Assembly (NCBI GenBank): GCA_918797485.1
Contig: CAKKNE010000005.1
Coordinates: 1,302,001-1,366,000, forward strand
Source of the DNA: Pelagomonas calceolata
Taxonomy: Eukaryota
Direction: 5' to 3'
DNA length: 64,000 nt
Shown: positions 1-9,275 of the stretch, in pieces
Position numbering within the stretch: the stretch's first letter is position 1
Layout: the number at the start of each line of letters is the position of its first letter
The notes under the pieces: model-generated
Database searches by the model: none
Told to the model about the DNA's origin: nothing
What the model saw: the letters and a program-made list of their open reading frames with translations, nothing else
Program-made: the position numbers and the translations under genes

Positions 1-2
1 AC

Positions 3-911
3 GCCGCGACGGAGTCCTCTGTTTCATTACCCGGTACGGAGACGACCACGCAAGACCCCTGGGACCTTTCAAAGACGCAGAACGCCACCTTGACGACTTT
101 GGTGGACGGCGAGCTCCCGACGGCCTTCTCCACCCCACGCTTGCAATGCCCCGGCGGTCCCGAAGCGATCACACTGGACCTGGAGACGCCTTCCCTAGAG
201 CTGGCGCATGCCCAATGCTCGCGACTTACTTGGCAAGCGTCGGCGCCCCTCACACCGTACTTGGGCGCCGCGGCCCATATACTGATAGCCCGGTTCAATG
301 GTGATCTAATGCACACGCACGCGACAATACCAGAACGAGTGCTAGGCGACCCCTGCGCGGCGAGTTTCGTGGGTCATTTCGACGACCTGACGCCGTTGCC
401 TACAAAACTGAATCACACGGTCGTCGGCGCCGTCGACTTTGATGAGCCTGGCATCTATCTGGTCGCGGCCTTCGTCGCGACCGGTGATGATGCTCTTGCG
501 GCGTTCCACACCGTTCTGGTCGGCGAGGCTTGTGTCGCTGCGGAGGTGGTCCCTCACTGTGCGGGCGAATGGCGGCTTCCATCAACGGCCTGCGAGGCGG
601 GCTTCCCGCGCGAGCCGTCGCCACGACCGACGCTTGCGCCGACGACGACGCCCGCGCCGATGTCCGGGTCGCGGGGAGCCCGAACGTCTAGTGGAGGCGA
701 CGGAGGCGGACCCAAGGGGAACTTCAAGGTCGTCTTCGGCATGATCGTCTTCTTCGTGCCGCTCGGCCTGGCGCTGCTCTACTGCCTCCGGGGGCGCATC
801 GTCATGTTTGCGCGGAAGGCGCGGCGCCGCGTTACGGCCGCGGTCTGTGCCACTAGTGGTACCACAGACTGTACGTGCGTCGAGATGCCTCCCCAGCGGG
901 AATTCGCTTGA
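3..911 (+). CDS. 5'-truncated single-pass membrane protein with His-containing ectodomain motif
   Basis: Frame is open from the window edge to TGA at 911. Contains PYLGAAAH...MHTHA...FDEPGIY, a Pro/Thr stalk and a TM helix (VVFGMIVFFVPLGLALLYCL) followed by basic residues. Confidence 0.65.
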   Translation, partial: AATESSVSLPGTETTTQDPWDLSKTQNATLTTLVDGELPTAFSTPRLQCPGGPEAITLDLETPSLELAHAQCSRLTWQASAPLTPYLGAAAHILIARFNGDLMHTHATIPERVLGDPCAASFVGHFDDLTPLPTKLNHTVVGAVDFDEPGIYLVAAFVATGDDALAAFHTVLVGEACVAAEVVPHCAGEWRLPSTACEAGFPREPSPRPTLAPTTTPAPMSGSRGARTSSGGDGGGPKGNFKVVFGMIVFFVPLGLALLYCLRGRIVMFARKARRRVTAAVCATSGTTDCTCVEMPPQREFA

Positions 912-1063
912 CGTGCTCTTTTTCGCGCGTTCTCTCTTCTAATTTTCTGTTTCGTTATACTATTTTTCGGTGCTATGACTAGTGGGCGGAGCCCCTGGGG
1001 GGAGACACCGCGCGTCGCCGATTCATCGGCGGCGGGCGCGAGCCGCTGCAGGCAGTCCAATTT

Positions 1064-1087
1064 CTAGTGTCTTACAAAAACGCTAGC
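1064..1087 (+). promoter_or_regulatory. Bipartite upstream motif copy
   Basis: CTAGTGTCTTACaaaaaCGCTAGC upstream of the NDH-2 gene. Confidence 0.55.
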
Positions 1088-1317
1088 TCGCGCATACGAC
1101 ACCTCATCGGCCGAAAGCTCTCCGTCAACGCGATTCGATCGGTGGGCGAGCGAGCTGCAATACCTGCGACACCTACGCTCGCGGCTACGGATACTTTTGG
1201 CTGCTGCGAGAGCAGTATCACTACAAACCTCCCAAGGCCTCTCAAGGCGCAGCAGCGTTGCCAGGCGCGCACGCGGCCAGCGCGAGCCCCCAGAGCGAAA
1301 TATAGTCAGCAGCAGCA

Positions 1318-2858
1318 ATGCAGGCCCTGCGCCGCACGCTGGGCTTCGCCTCGCAAGCCACGGCGCGCAAACCGCGCGTCGTCGTGCTCGGCAGCGGCTG
1401 GGGCGGCAATAAAGTGGCGCGCTACCTCGACAAGACCAAGTTTGATGTGAGGGTCGTGTCGCCGGCGAACCATTTTCTGTTTACTCCTCTGTTACCCTCG
1501 ACGGCGGTGGGAACCTTAGAATTCCGAGCCGTCCAAGAACCAGTTCGAACGATCAAGGGCCTGGGCAAGTACCACCAAGCGAAAGCACAAAAACTAGACG
1601 TCGAGAACCGCATCGTGAATTGCAGAGATATATTTAGCGGAGATACCTTTGACATAAACTACGACTTCCTCGTCATAAGTGCGGGCTGCAAGACGAACAC
1701 GTTCGCTGTTCCTGGTGTGACGCAAGAACAGCAATCGACCGTATTCTTCCTGAAGCACCTCTATCATGCAAGACGCATCCGGGACCGCATCCTCGAGTGT
1801 TTTGAGAGGGCCGCGTCGCCCGTCGCGTCCGAGGAGGAGCGGCGGGACTTATTGCATTTCGTCGTCGTGGGCGGCGGCGCGACGTCGTGCGAGTTTGCCA
1901 CTGAATTGTCGGAGTTCCTCGAGAAGGATGTGAGGAAGTGGTATCCTGACCTTGCTGATTTAGTTTCTTTGTCCATAGTGGAGGCCGGTCCAAATTTGTT
2001 GGCGGGCTTCGACGAGACGTGTTGGCAGTACTACACGAAGCACCTGCGCGAGCATAATGTGGACGTGCGGACGGGCTGTGCCATTACCGCTGTTGAACCT
2101 GCCGAGGACGGTCGCGTCTCCAGCGCCACGATGGCGAACAGGAGTACGATGCGTTTCGGCTGCATGGTTTACGGCGGTGTGGAAGTCAACCAGTGAGTTA
2201 GGGTACGTGCACCTCCACGCCATCGAGCAGACGCAGTCACGGGGACGACGTCGCGTCGAGGGCGTGGGGCGCCTGAAATTTGATTTCCACACAGGTTTGG
2301 AGCGCGGGCCTCGCGCCTATCAAGTTCGTCGAAGGGTCGTCCCTCGAGAAAGGTAAAGGTGGCCGGATCGTGGTCGACGAGTATTTACGGGCCGCAGATA
2401 GGGTCTTTGCGCTCGGGGACTGCGCCGCCTCCCGTGAAGACCCCCTGCCGCCGACGGCGAACGCGGCCGAGCAGCAGGGCGCCTACCTCGCGAAATGCTT
2501 CAATAATACCTATTACAAGGCCGGCGCCGACGGCGTCATGCCTGCCAAACCGGACCCTGTCGTACCGTCGGCCATGCCCTTCGCTTGGCTCGAGCCGCTC
2601 GACAACCTCTGGGACGCGCGTTCTGAATTTAGATACGTCGAGCGCGGCAAGATGGCGTCCATGGGCATGTGGGGCGGCGTCGCGGACCTCACGAAGTCCG
2701 AGATCACGCCCGTCGGCGGGACGCTGACGGGCGTGACGGCCTTCGCCTCCTGGCGCGGCGCCTACTTGTCGAAGCAGGTCTCTGTGCAGAACATGATATT
2801 GATACCGATGTTCTGGTTCAAGAGCTGGCTATTTGGGAGGGATATCTCGCGCTTCTAA
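1318..2858 (+). CDS. Type II (alternative) NADH:quinone oxidoreductase, mitochondrial; exons 1318-2166 and 2295-2858
   Basis: VVVLGSGWGG FAD motif, FLFTPLLPS, VVVGGGATSCEFA NAD motif, FALGDCA, ends FGRDISRF. A phase-0 GT-AG intron at 2167-2294 restores FGCM|VWSAG. Confidence 0.93.
2167..2294 (+). mobile_element. Introner-type (MITE-derived) spliceosomal intron
   Basis: GT...CAG intron of 128 nt. TIRs are CGGTGTGGAAGTCAA (2175-2189) and TTGATTTCCACACAG (2280-2294). Decayed 8-bp TSD GTTTACGG/GTTTGGAG. Homologous to 45662-45736. Confidence 0.85.
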
Positions 2859-2888
2859 GATTGTATTGTCACATTTAAACAACAATTA

Positions 2889-3341
2889 CTAGGACGCCCG
2901 CAAGAAAAAACCCTCGGCGTCCGTCGACAGGTACTGGCCCTTCGTCGCTTTGTAGACGCGCCGCAATAACTTGGGGAGCTCCTCGAGCTCGCCGGCCATG
3001 AGCGTCTGGTGGGAGTCCGTCCTCCTTTGATTGAACAAGACAACAGCGGGAATGCCTTCGTTGATGACTCCTACTAATTCGGCCACGGCCAGGCCGCCCG
3101 GCATATCAATATTCACGCGCGCGGGCTCGAGGCGCGTCGTCGTCTTGGCCAGTTCCAGCCAGGTCGGCTCGAACTCCTGACAATATCCACACATGCCGCT
3201 AAAAAACTCGACAAGAAAACAGCGCTGCGACGTCTGGACGAGGCGCCGGAACTCGTCGACGCTGCGGATTTCTCGCCTCTCCACGGGTTCCGCTGCGGCG
3301 CGCGCGGCGAGCAGCAGTGTGAGGGCAGCGTACACCCGCAT
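2889..3341 (-). CDS. Secreted/ER thioredoxin-domain (PDI-like) protein
   Basis: Signal peptide MRVYAALTLLLAARAAA and FLVEFFSGMCGYCQEFEPTW with a CxxC site. Confidence 0.8.
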   Translation of the reverse strand: MRVYAALTLLLAARAAAEPVERREIRSVDEFRRLVQTSQRCFLVEFFSGMCGYCQEFEPTWLELAKTTTRLEPARVNIDMPGGLAVAELVGVINEGIPAVVLFNQRRTDSHQTLMAGELEELPKLLRRVYKATKGQYLSTDAEGFFLRAS

Positions 3342-3888
3342 GCTTACGTTGTGATCGTCCCGCGCGGTAATGTCCCGCGCGGCGCAAGAACGCAGCTGCA
3401 GCAGCGCTTGTGACAAGCTACTCAGACGCTGCACGGCTGAAAATTGATGAATTTCGATCAGTATGGATATAAATCTGTGCCCTCGGGCCGAAACGCTGCA
3501 GGGTGAAGAGCCAAAGTGCTAAACAGCCTCGGCCCGTAAACACACACTGAGCTAGCGCGCTACCATACTAGCTTTTTAGACAAGACCCGTCTATCGATCC
3601 ACCGCCTCGCCGGCGCGCCCCGGACGACGCGTCGGCCCGCGAACGAGGCCGCGCTAGACCCCGTCGACTTGCCAGTTGGCCCAACAGTCCACAGGCGAAA
3701 GCAACGCCGCTAGCCGCACCACGCGTGAGAGGCTGCCCACGCACGAGGCCGCAGTCCCCACACGCCCGCCGCCGCGCCGCGCCGCACCAACAGCGGGTCA
3801 AAAAGGCCCCGCAGCGCGTCAAACAGGACCACCCAAGAACTACCAGCACCAGCGGATCAAGCGCAACGCCGCCGCAGCGCACAGCACC

Positions 3889-4590
3889 ATGCCCTCGCGC
3901 CAGGAGCACAAGAACGCGAGTTCCTGCATGAGCGAAGCGCTGACCTGGGGCCGGCCCGCCAAGCGCCAGTGGATGACCGAGTCGAGAGCGTCGACGCGCT
4001 ACACGGGAGTACCCGTAGGCAACAGCCAGGCCGCTAGGGAGTACGACGAGAACGCGGAACGACTCACAAACCCCGAGAAATATGCGGATGCACCTCTACC
4101 TGCCTTCAGCCCGAAGACCGTCACCAGTGAACAACCGGTGGAAATAACCGTCAAGCAGCCCATCGTCATGCTCGAGCCGGAAGAAAGTATAGAGGAACCC
4201 CTCCCGAAGGCGTCTCCAAAAAAGCCCATCTTCCACTGCTTCGGCAATGGCAACGTCGAGCCCGCGGCCGGGGGTGTCTTGTGGGGCGGCTACATGCAGA
4301 CGCGGAACGTCAAGTGCCAGGCCAAAGATAGGAAGGAGGTGTCTCGCCATGCGTTGCGGGCGGCGAATCGACGGATCGGGTCGAAATTGGCCGCGCTGTC
4401 TCCTCCTCGTGCTAGGGTACCGCCGTCGCCCCAGGTCGTCTGGACGAGGAGGGCACCTACCCTGGAACGGGCGCCGCCGCCGCCTCCTGTACCAGAAATG
4501 CCGCCGCCGCCGCCATTGCCGCCGGCGGGTCTACAGAGTCAAGGTTGGTCCGAAGGTGGTACTGCTCTGGCGCTGCGGTGGGTCGCCTAG
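3889..4590 (+). CDS. Hypothetical protein, Pro-rich C-terminus (start and 3' structure uncertain)
   Basis: Long ORF 3676-4590 with first ATG at 3889. No recognisable domain. Confidence 0.5.
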   Translation: MPSRQEHKNASSCMSEALTWGRPAKRQWMTESRASTRYTGVPVGNSQAAREYDENAERLTNPEKYADAPLPAFSPKTVTSEQPVEITVKQPIVMLEPEESIEEPLPKASPKKPIFHCFGNGNVEPAAGGVLWGGYMQTRNVKCQAKDRKEVSRHALRAANRRIGSKLAALSPPRARVPPSPQVVWTRRAPTLERAPPPPPVPEMPPPPPLPPAGLQSQGWSEGGTALALRWVA

Positions 4591-5124
4591 TTTTGTTGGG
4601 AGGGGGTGTAAGGGTCGTCTCGAGGAGTATTTTCTGCTCGATGGCGTGGAGCTGTCGCCCGACGATCGACGCGCCGCGCGCGACTCTGCGGTCTCTGCTT
4701 ATTTGCGGTGGGTGCTTATTTCTGCACACACGGGTAATGTTAGTTCAAGCCGAATCACGAATGCGAAGCGCGAAAGCGTGAGCGAGAGCAGGCTCCTGAC
4801 CCCCTATTGCGAAGGTACAGTTACTCGTTATTGGGATGCTGAGTGCATGCCGCTCTTTGTTGCCTGCAGCACAGCAGCCGAAGGAGTAATAAAAAAAACA
4901 TAGCCAGAGTGGTCTCTGGGCTTGTGGCACCTGCGCACGGCAACCCGCGAATTTATTGGAGCCCTCCACGCAAAGACATCTCCCAGTTTGAATAATACGT
5001 CACGTGAGCGGTTACGTTGACTACGTGCGACGATAGCTGCCCCCTGGACGCCCTGTGACTCGTGCGAACTATAGCTACGTCAACGCGGGACCCTTGGAAA
5101 CTATAGCCACGCCAAAGTCGACCC

Positions 5125-5538
5125 ATGGCTGCGTTCGTGAATGCCGGCCGCGACGCGCCAGCCGCACCGCCACCGCGCGAGGCCGTCGGCGCCGCATTCG
5201 CGCGCGCGTTCGCCACCTGGACGGCCCCGACGCCGCTGGCCAGGCCAAATGCCGCCAGCCACGCAACGCCATTGGCGCCGCTCGCCGCGGTTTTCCAAAA
5301 TCTGCCCCTCGAGCTGACGGCCAAATGCGTCATGACGGCGATGGGCCTGCGCTGGAAGCACGTCTGCGACAAGATCCGCAAACACTCGTACGCGATCCAG
5401 GAGGGCCAGTACCTTATGCCGCCGCTCGAGTACCCCGTGTTTGAGCCGGTCTATTGGCCGGAATACGGCCGCGTCTGCTACGTCATCACCTATGTCCTCG
5501 AGAAGGGCGGGCGACGAAGGAAGAGGACGTATCGATAA
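5125..5538 (+). CDS. Hypothetical protein
   Basis: ATG-initiated 137-aa ORF with GC3-biased codons, converging on the next gene. Confidence 0.55.
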   Translation: MAAFVNAGRDAPAAPPPREAVGAAFARAFATWTAPTPLARPNAASHATPLAPLAAVFQNLPLELTAKCVMTAMGLRWKHVCDKIRKHSYAIQEGQYLMPPLEYPVFEPVYWPEYGRVCYVITYVLEKGGRRRKRTYR

Positions 5539-5552
5539 TAAACATGTATATA

Positions 5553-6176
5553 TTAGAGCTCTTTTGATGACTTCTTCTTCTTTCGCTTCCTCCGCTTCTT
5601 CGCCTCGGGCGCGGCCTCCGAGATGTGGGCCGCCGCGAGGCCCTCCTCATCACAACTCGCCGTCGCGTCGCGGCAGATCGCTTGCAACGCGTTTTCCGGA
5701 GGCGCCTCGGCCACAATCAGCTCAGCAAGCGCGTCCTCGTGGTCCTCGACGACGGAATCGCAGTAGGAGCGCAGTCTCAGCCGCAACGTCTCCTCCTCGT
5801 TGTGCGCCTTCGTTAATTTCGGGAACGGCTTGGCCTTGCCCCGGACGACGTCTTCGAAGCGTTGTTGCTTTGTGGCGTTGGGTGCCCAGCCGCCTTCGTA
5901 CCTTGGTATAAATGTATCGGCGTAGTCGCAGACCTGATCTAATAGGTGGCTCGTGCGGAACTCGCTCGTGGCGTACTTGACGAGCTTGCCCTGCCGGTTG
6001 CCGTTGCCATCTAACCGGCCTCCTGACAGGATGTCCGTTTTATCTTCGTCGAGGTGCTCTAGTGAAAGCACCTTCTGCAGGCTGCGCATGACGACGGCAC
6101 AGCCGGCGCACTTGTCGAGGTCGCGTGCCGTCGCGGCGGAGGCGTGGAGCAGTAGCAGTGCAAGACGCGGCGCCAT
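5553..6176 (-). CDS. Canopy/saposin-B-like ER protein
   Basis: Signal peptide MAPRLALLLL, CAGC, YATSEFR...LDQVC, YCDSVVEDHED, ICRDATASC, and C-terminal SKEL. Confidence 0.8.
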   Translation of the reverse strand: MAPRLALLLLHASAATARDLDKCAGCAVVMRSLQKVLSLEHLDEDKTDILSGGRLDGNGNRQGKLVKYATSEFRTSHLLDQVCDYADTFIPRYEGGWAPNATKQQRFEDVVRGKAKPFPKLTKAHNEEETLRLRLRSYCDSVVEDHEDALAELIVAEAPPENALQAICRDATASCDEEGLAAAHISEAAPEAKKRRKRKKKKSSKEL

Positions 6177-6400
6177 GAGTAGTCGTGCGAGTTGTATGCC
6201 GCAAGAAATGCACGCAAACGCCCGCGTCGACAGCGTATAGTGCTGCTGGAGGGCAATTTCAGGGCTCTCTACGCTACGTGATGCACCGAAAACCACAGGA
6301 GCGCCCAGCAGCGGTGCGGAGACCAGTACAAGGCACACTGGATACTCAATGAATGCAGCGATTGCACAGATTCGGTTGCCACGCGTAATTTCGCAGTTTA

Positions 6401-6451
6401 GCTAGCGGCAGAAAGACACTAGCATTTGCTAGTGTGTCACAGACCGCTGGC
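6401..6451. promoter_or_regulatory. Two inverted copies of the bipartite motif in a divergent spacer
   Basis: GCTAGCGGcagaAAGACACTAG-catttg-CTAGTGTGTCACagaCCGCTGGC. Confidence 0.6.
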
Positions 6452-6654
6452 TCCGCAAACCAGCTAAGCGGCCTTTCCACGCCATTGCCGCAATCGTGCA
6501 CGTTCGTGGCGATAAGGCAGCATAGTAGCTTCTTATAGACCCGCGTCCTCACGCCTGTGAGCTACCGGGAAGACGACACGTCTGCGTAGCAGCACTCACA
6601 GTCTGACGCTCTCCGAGCCTTACCGGTGCGAATTCATCGCGAAGACCAGAAAAA

Positions 6655-7338
6655 ATGGCTCACATGCCCCGCCTGGTCACCCTGCTCCTCCTCGTCACGG
6701 AACACGCCAGCGGCATCCTCTTCAAGCCGTGCCTCAAGCCACGATTACGGCCACGCTTCGGCCTGAAACGCTGCCGCCGCCGCCGCCGCCGTTTCATCAG
6801 ACCGCCGCCGAACCCGCTCCCGCTCTACCTTGGGGTCATGGGCGCGCCCGTCTATGGAAGGGACATCCTGCCGTTCCTCGGCGGGCTCATCGACTTCGAG
6901 GCCCTCGAGCCGCGATCTTCTCCCAACGAGTACCTCGCGGCGCCAGTTGACGCGGCGCCGCTCTTCAACGACACGGCCAAGCGTATTGTAGCGCCGACGT
7001 ACCCCGTCTCCGCCGAAGAGCTTAGAACTTCCTTCGAGAATGCCTTGGCGAAGCGCCAGCCCTTTAATGGAGACTTCTGGGCTAAACCGGTGCAGGAAGA
7101 TTCCGATGCGTTCGCTTCTAGATTCGTCTACGTCGAGCGGACGCCCTTGTTCCGCTTCCCGGACGTCGTCAACGTCCAATTTCTGGAAGTGGGCAACGGC
7201 ACTTCCACGCTGATCCTTCACTCGGCGTCGGTCTACGGCCTTGACGATTTGGGCAAGAACCGGGAGCGCGTCGAGGACCTGCTGAAGCGCATTTCTGATT
7301 TACCGGCGAACATGACGGCGACGGCGGTGTCCGTCTGA
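6655..7338 (+). CDS. DUF1499 family protein
   Basis: SPN...ERTPLFRFPDVVNVQF...HSASVYGLDDLGKNRERV matches the DUF1499 pattern. N-terminal targeting-like leader. Confidence 0.75.
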   Translation: MAHMPRLVTLLLLVTEHASGILFKPCLKPRLRPRFGLKRCRRRRRRFIRPPPNPLPLYLGVMGAPVYGRDILPFLGGLIDFEALEPRSSPNEYLAAPVDAAPLFNDTAKRIVAPTYPVSAEELRTSFENALAKRQPFNGDFWAKPVQEDSDAFASRFVYVERTPLFRFPDVVNVQFLEVGNGTSTLILHSASVYGLDDLGKNRERVEDLLKRISDLPANMTATAVSV

Positions 7339-7365
7339 TGTGTGTAACTAACCTGACTACTACAA

Positions 7366-9012
7366 CTATAACTTTAATACCTCCGGGGGCGGCCGGTCGC
7401 CTTTCGCGCACCACTTCACGGAGGCATGTCTCTTGGCCGCGAAATCCAAATCCGCATAATCCCTATAAGCCGACACGGGCCGCGCCGACCCGAGGCCGTA
7501 CGTCTCCAGGTGCCCCACCAGTGATGAAGCCGCCAGCGACGAAATAGCCTCGTTCTCCGGGTAGCCGACCATGTGCTTCACGCGCGGCAGCACAAACTTC
7601 TGGAGCGAATTATGTGTCCCAGCACCAATCGACCGCTGTAAAGCCCCCCAGAACTTCGGCTTCTGCTTGCGCAAGTACGCGTGGGCCACCACACTTCGGG
7701 GAGGACAGAAAATGTCCCATCCGTGCGTGAAGGCTCGGGCCCCGAAATTCAGTTCTTCCCCCATAAAAATAAAAGGTAAGTAAGGGTCGAAGGGCACCTC
7801 TTTCACAAACGAAGCGTGCGCAAACACGAAGCCCGCGCCGATGAACGGGGCATATCGCGGGATATGTAAACACCCTTCACTCCCAGCTTTGCAGTTGTTC
7901 ACAGTCTCTTTCATCGGATATTTCCTCATGGCTCCTACTCGTATGATGCCGTACTCCGCAAATTCGGCGTCGCACATGCACGGGCCCACACTTAGCTCCC
8001 AGGGGTGCCTATCCTTTTTCGGTAACTCCGGCTTCTGCGGTCCTGACGGGGGGTAGTGACTAAAAACAGCTTTCTTGGACGGTGCCAAGGCGTAGTCCTC
8101 CCTCAACACGTCGTCCCACCCCTTGGCAAAAGTCGTATGGGCGTCTACTTGCATGTAGTAGGTTTCTCCTTGCCATAACTGTGAACCTAGATATCGGCCG
8201 AAGACGGGTCCGAACGTCTCGGACTCGTTGAACCGTACCACTCTTATGGTATCACATTTGGCATTACTACGAGCACAGTACGCCTGCACGCAATCGACGT
8301 CCGCGTCCATGTCGTGGACGCGCATGTCGCTCGGCATCACCGCCGTCTTGCAGCCGTAGGCGTCGTGCTGCTTCTGGTCGCAGTTCTGCTGCACCAAGCC
8401 CACGAAGACCTTCTCTGGTGTGGAAGCGGTCGCGAAGGCGTTCTCCAAAGTGTCGGGGCAGACCTCGTCTCTGAAACTTGATATCGAGAGGAAGATGGAA
8501 CCATCTGTCCTGACTTCTTCGGGTGATGCGAAGGCTAGGTCGGCGTAGGGGCCGTTCAGACTACTTTCTACAGCTTCATAAAACGTCTCCCAGACCTTGC
8601 CATCAGAGGCTCTGTGCGGGTCATTGCGCACGCCGAAGCCCTGTGGTCGTATCGGCGCGAATTTGGCGTGGATGTGCCGCACGAAGGCCTCGACGCGGTC
8701 CGCGCGCGACGTTGATCGTCGCACGGTCTTTGGTGTTGTTGGGACATGCGGCACTGCTTCGTGCTTCTCGAGCAATGCGTCGCGCGCGGCGTAGTCGTGC
8801 GGCTGCGCGTGGGCCGCGACCGGCTCGTCGTGTAACGCGGGTCGTGGCGGCGCGGCGTAGTCCTCTTTGTGGAGCGGCCGCCGCTCGAAGGCCTCGGCGA
8901 TGGCCGCGTCCGCGTCTATCGTCGGCTCGCTGTGCTGCGCGGCGAGTTGTGCCAGATAGAAGATCTGCACGACGGCGACTATTGTGCCGGCGTAGAGGAT
9001 GGCGTTGCGCAT
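7366..9012 (-). CDS. GT60-family polypeptide/hydroxyproline GlcNAc transferase, type II membrane
   Basis: N-terminal TM, IFLSISSFRD..C, GPVFGRY, ETYYMQVDAHTTF, APFIGAGFVF, VPFDPYLPFIFMGEE, FTHGWDIFCP. Confidence 0.85.
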   Translation of the reverse strand: MRNAILYAGTIVAVVQIFYLAQLAAQHSEPTIDADAAIAEAFERRPLHKEDYAAPPRPALHDEPVAAHAQPHDYAARDALLEKHEAVPHVPTTPKTVRRSTSRADRVEAFVRHIHAKFAPIRPQGFGVRNDPHRASDGKVWETFYEAVESSLNGPYADLAFASPEEVRTDGSIFLSISSFRDEVCPDTLENAFATASTPEKVFVGLVQQNCDQKQHDAYGCKTAVMPSDMRVHDMDADVDCVQAYCARSNAKCDTIRVVRFNESETFGPVFGRYLGSQLWQGETYYMQVDAHTTFAKGWDDVLREDYALAPSKKAVFSHYPPSGPQKPELPKKDRHPWELSVGPCMCDAEFAEYGIIRVGAMRKYPMKETVNNCKAGSEGCLHIPRYAPFIGAGFVFAHASFVKEVPFDPYLPFIFMGEELNFGARAFTHGWDIFCPPRSVVAHAYLRKQKPKFWGALQRSIGAGTHNSLQKFVLPRVKHMVGYPENEAISSLAASSLVGHLETYGLGSARPVSAYRDYADLDFAAKRHASVKWCAKGDRPPPEVLKL

Positions 9013-9190
9013 GGCTCGCGTTGCTTGTGCAGCCCAGGTGTAGGACAGCTGTGTGCAGCGTCTCAGCGTTGCTTCTCGCAGCGCTCGTTGGCAGCGATGA
9101 GTTCTTAATAGCGATAGCTGCTTACGTCTTGGTCGCCGCGGCAGCTTAAGCCTGTGGCAGCCCACGCGGACGATGGCGCAAAAATTTGAG

Positions 9191-9213
9191 GCTAGCGTAA
9201 GTAAAGACACTAG
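9191..9213 (-). promoter_or_regulatory. Bipartite upstream motif copy
   Basis: Reverse complement is CTAGTGTCTTTACttaCGCTAGC, in a divergent spacer. Confidence 0.55.
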
Positions 9214-9275
9214 GAATCACTGCCGGTGGTCAAAGGAGACCCGAAACAGGTCCGCGGGCTGCCCTACTCACAGCA

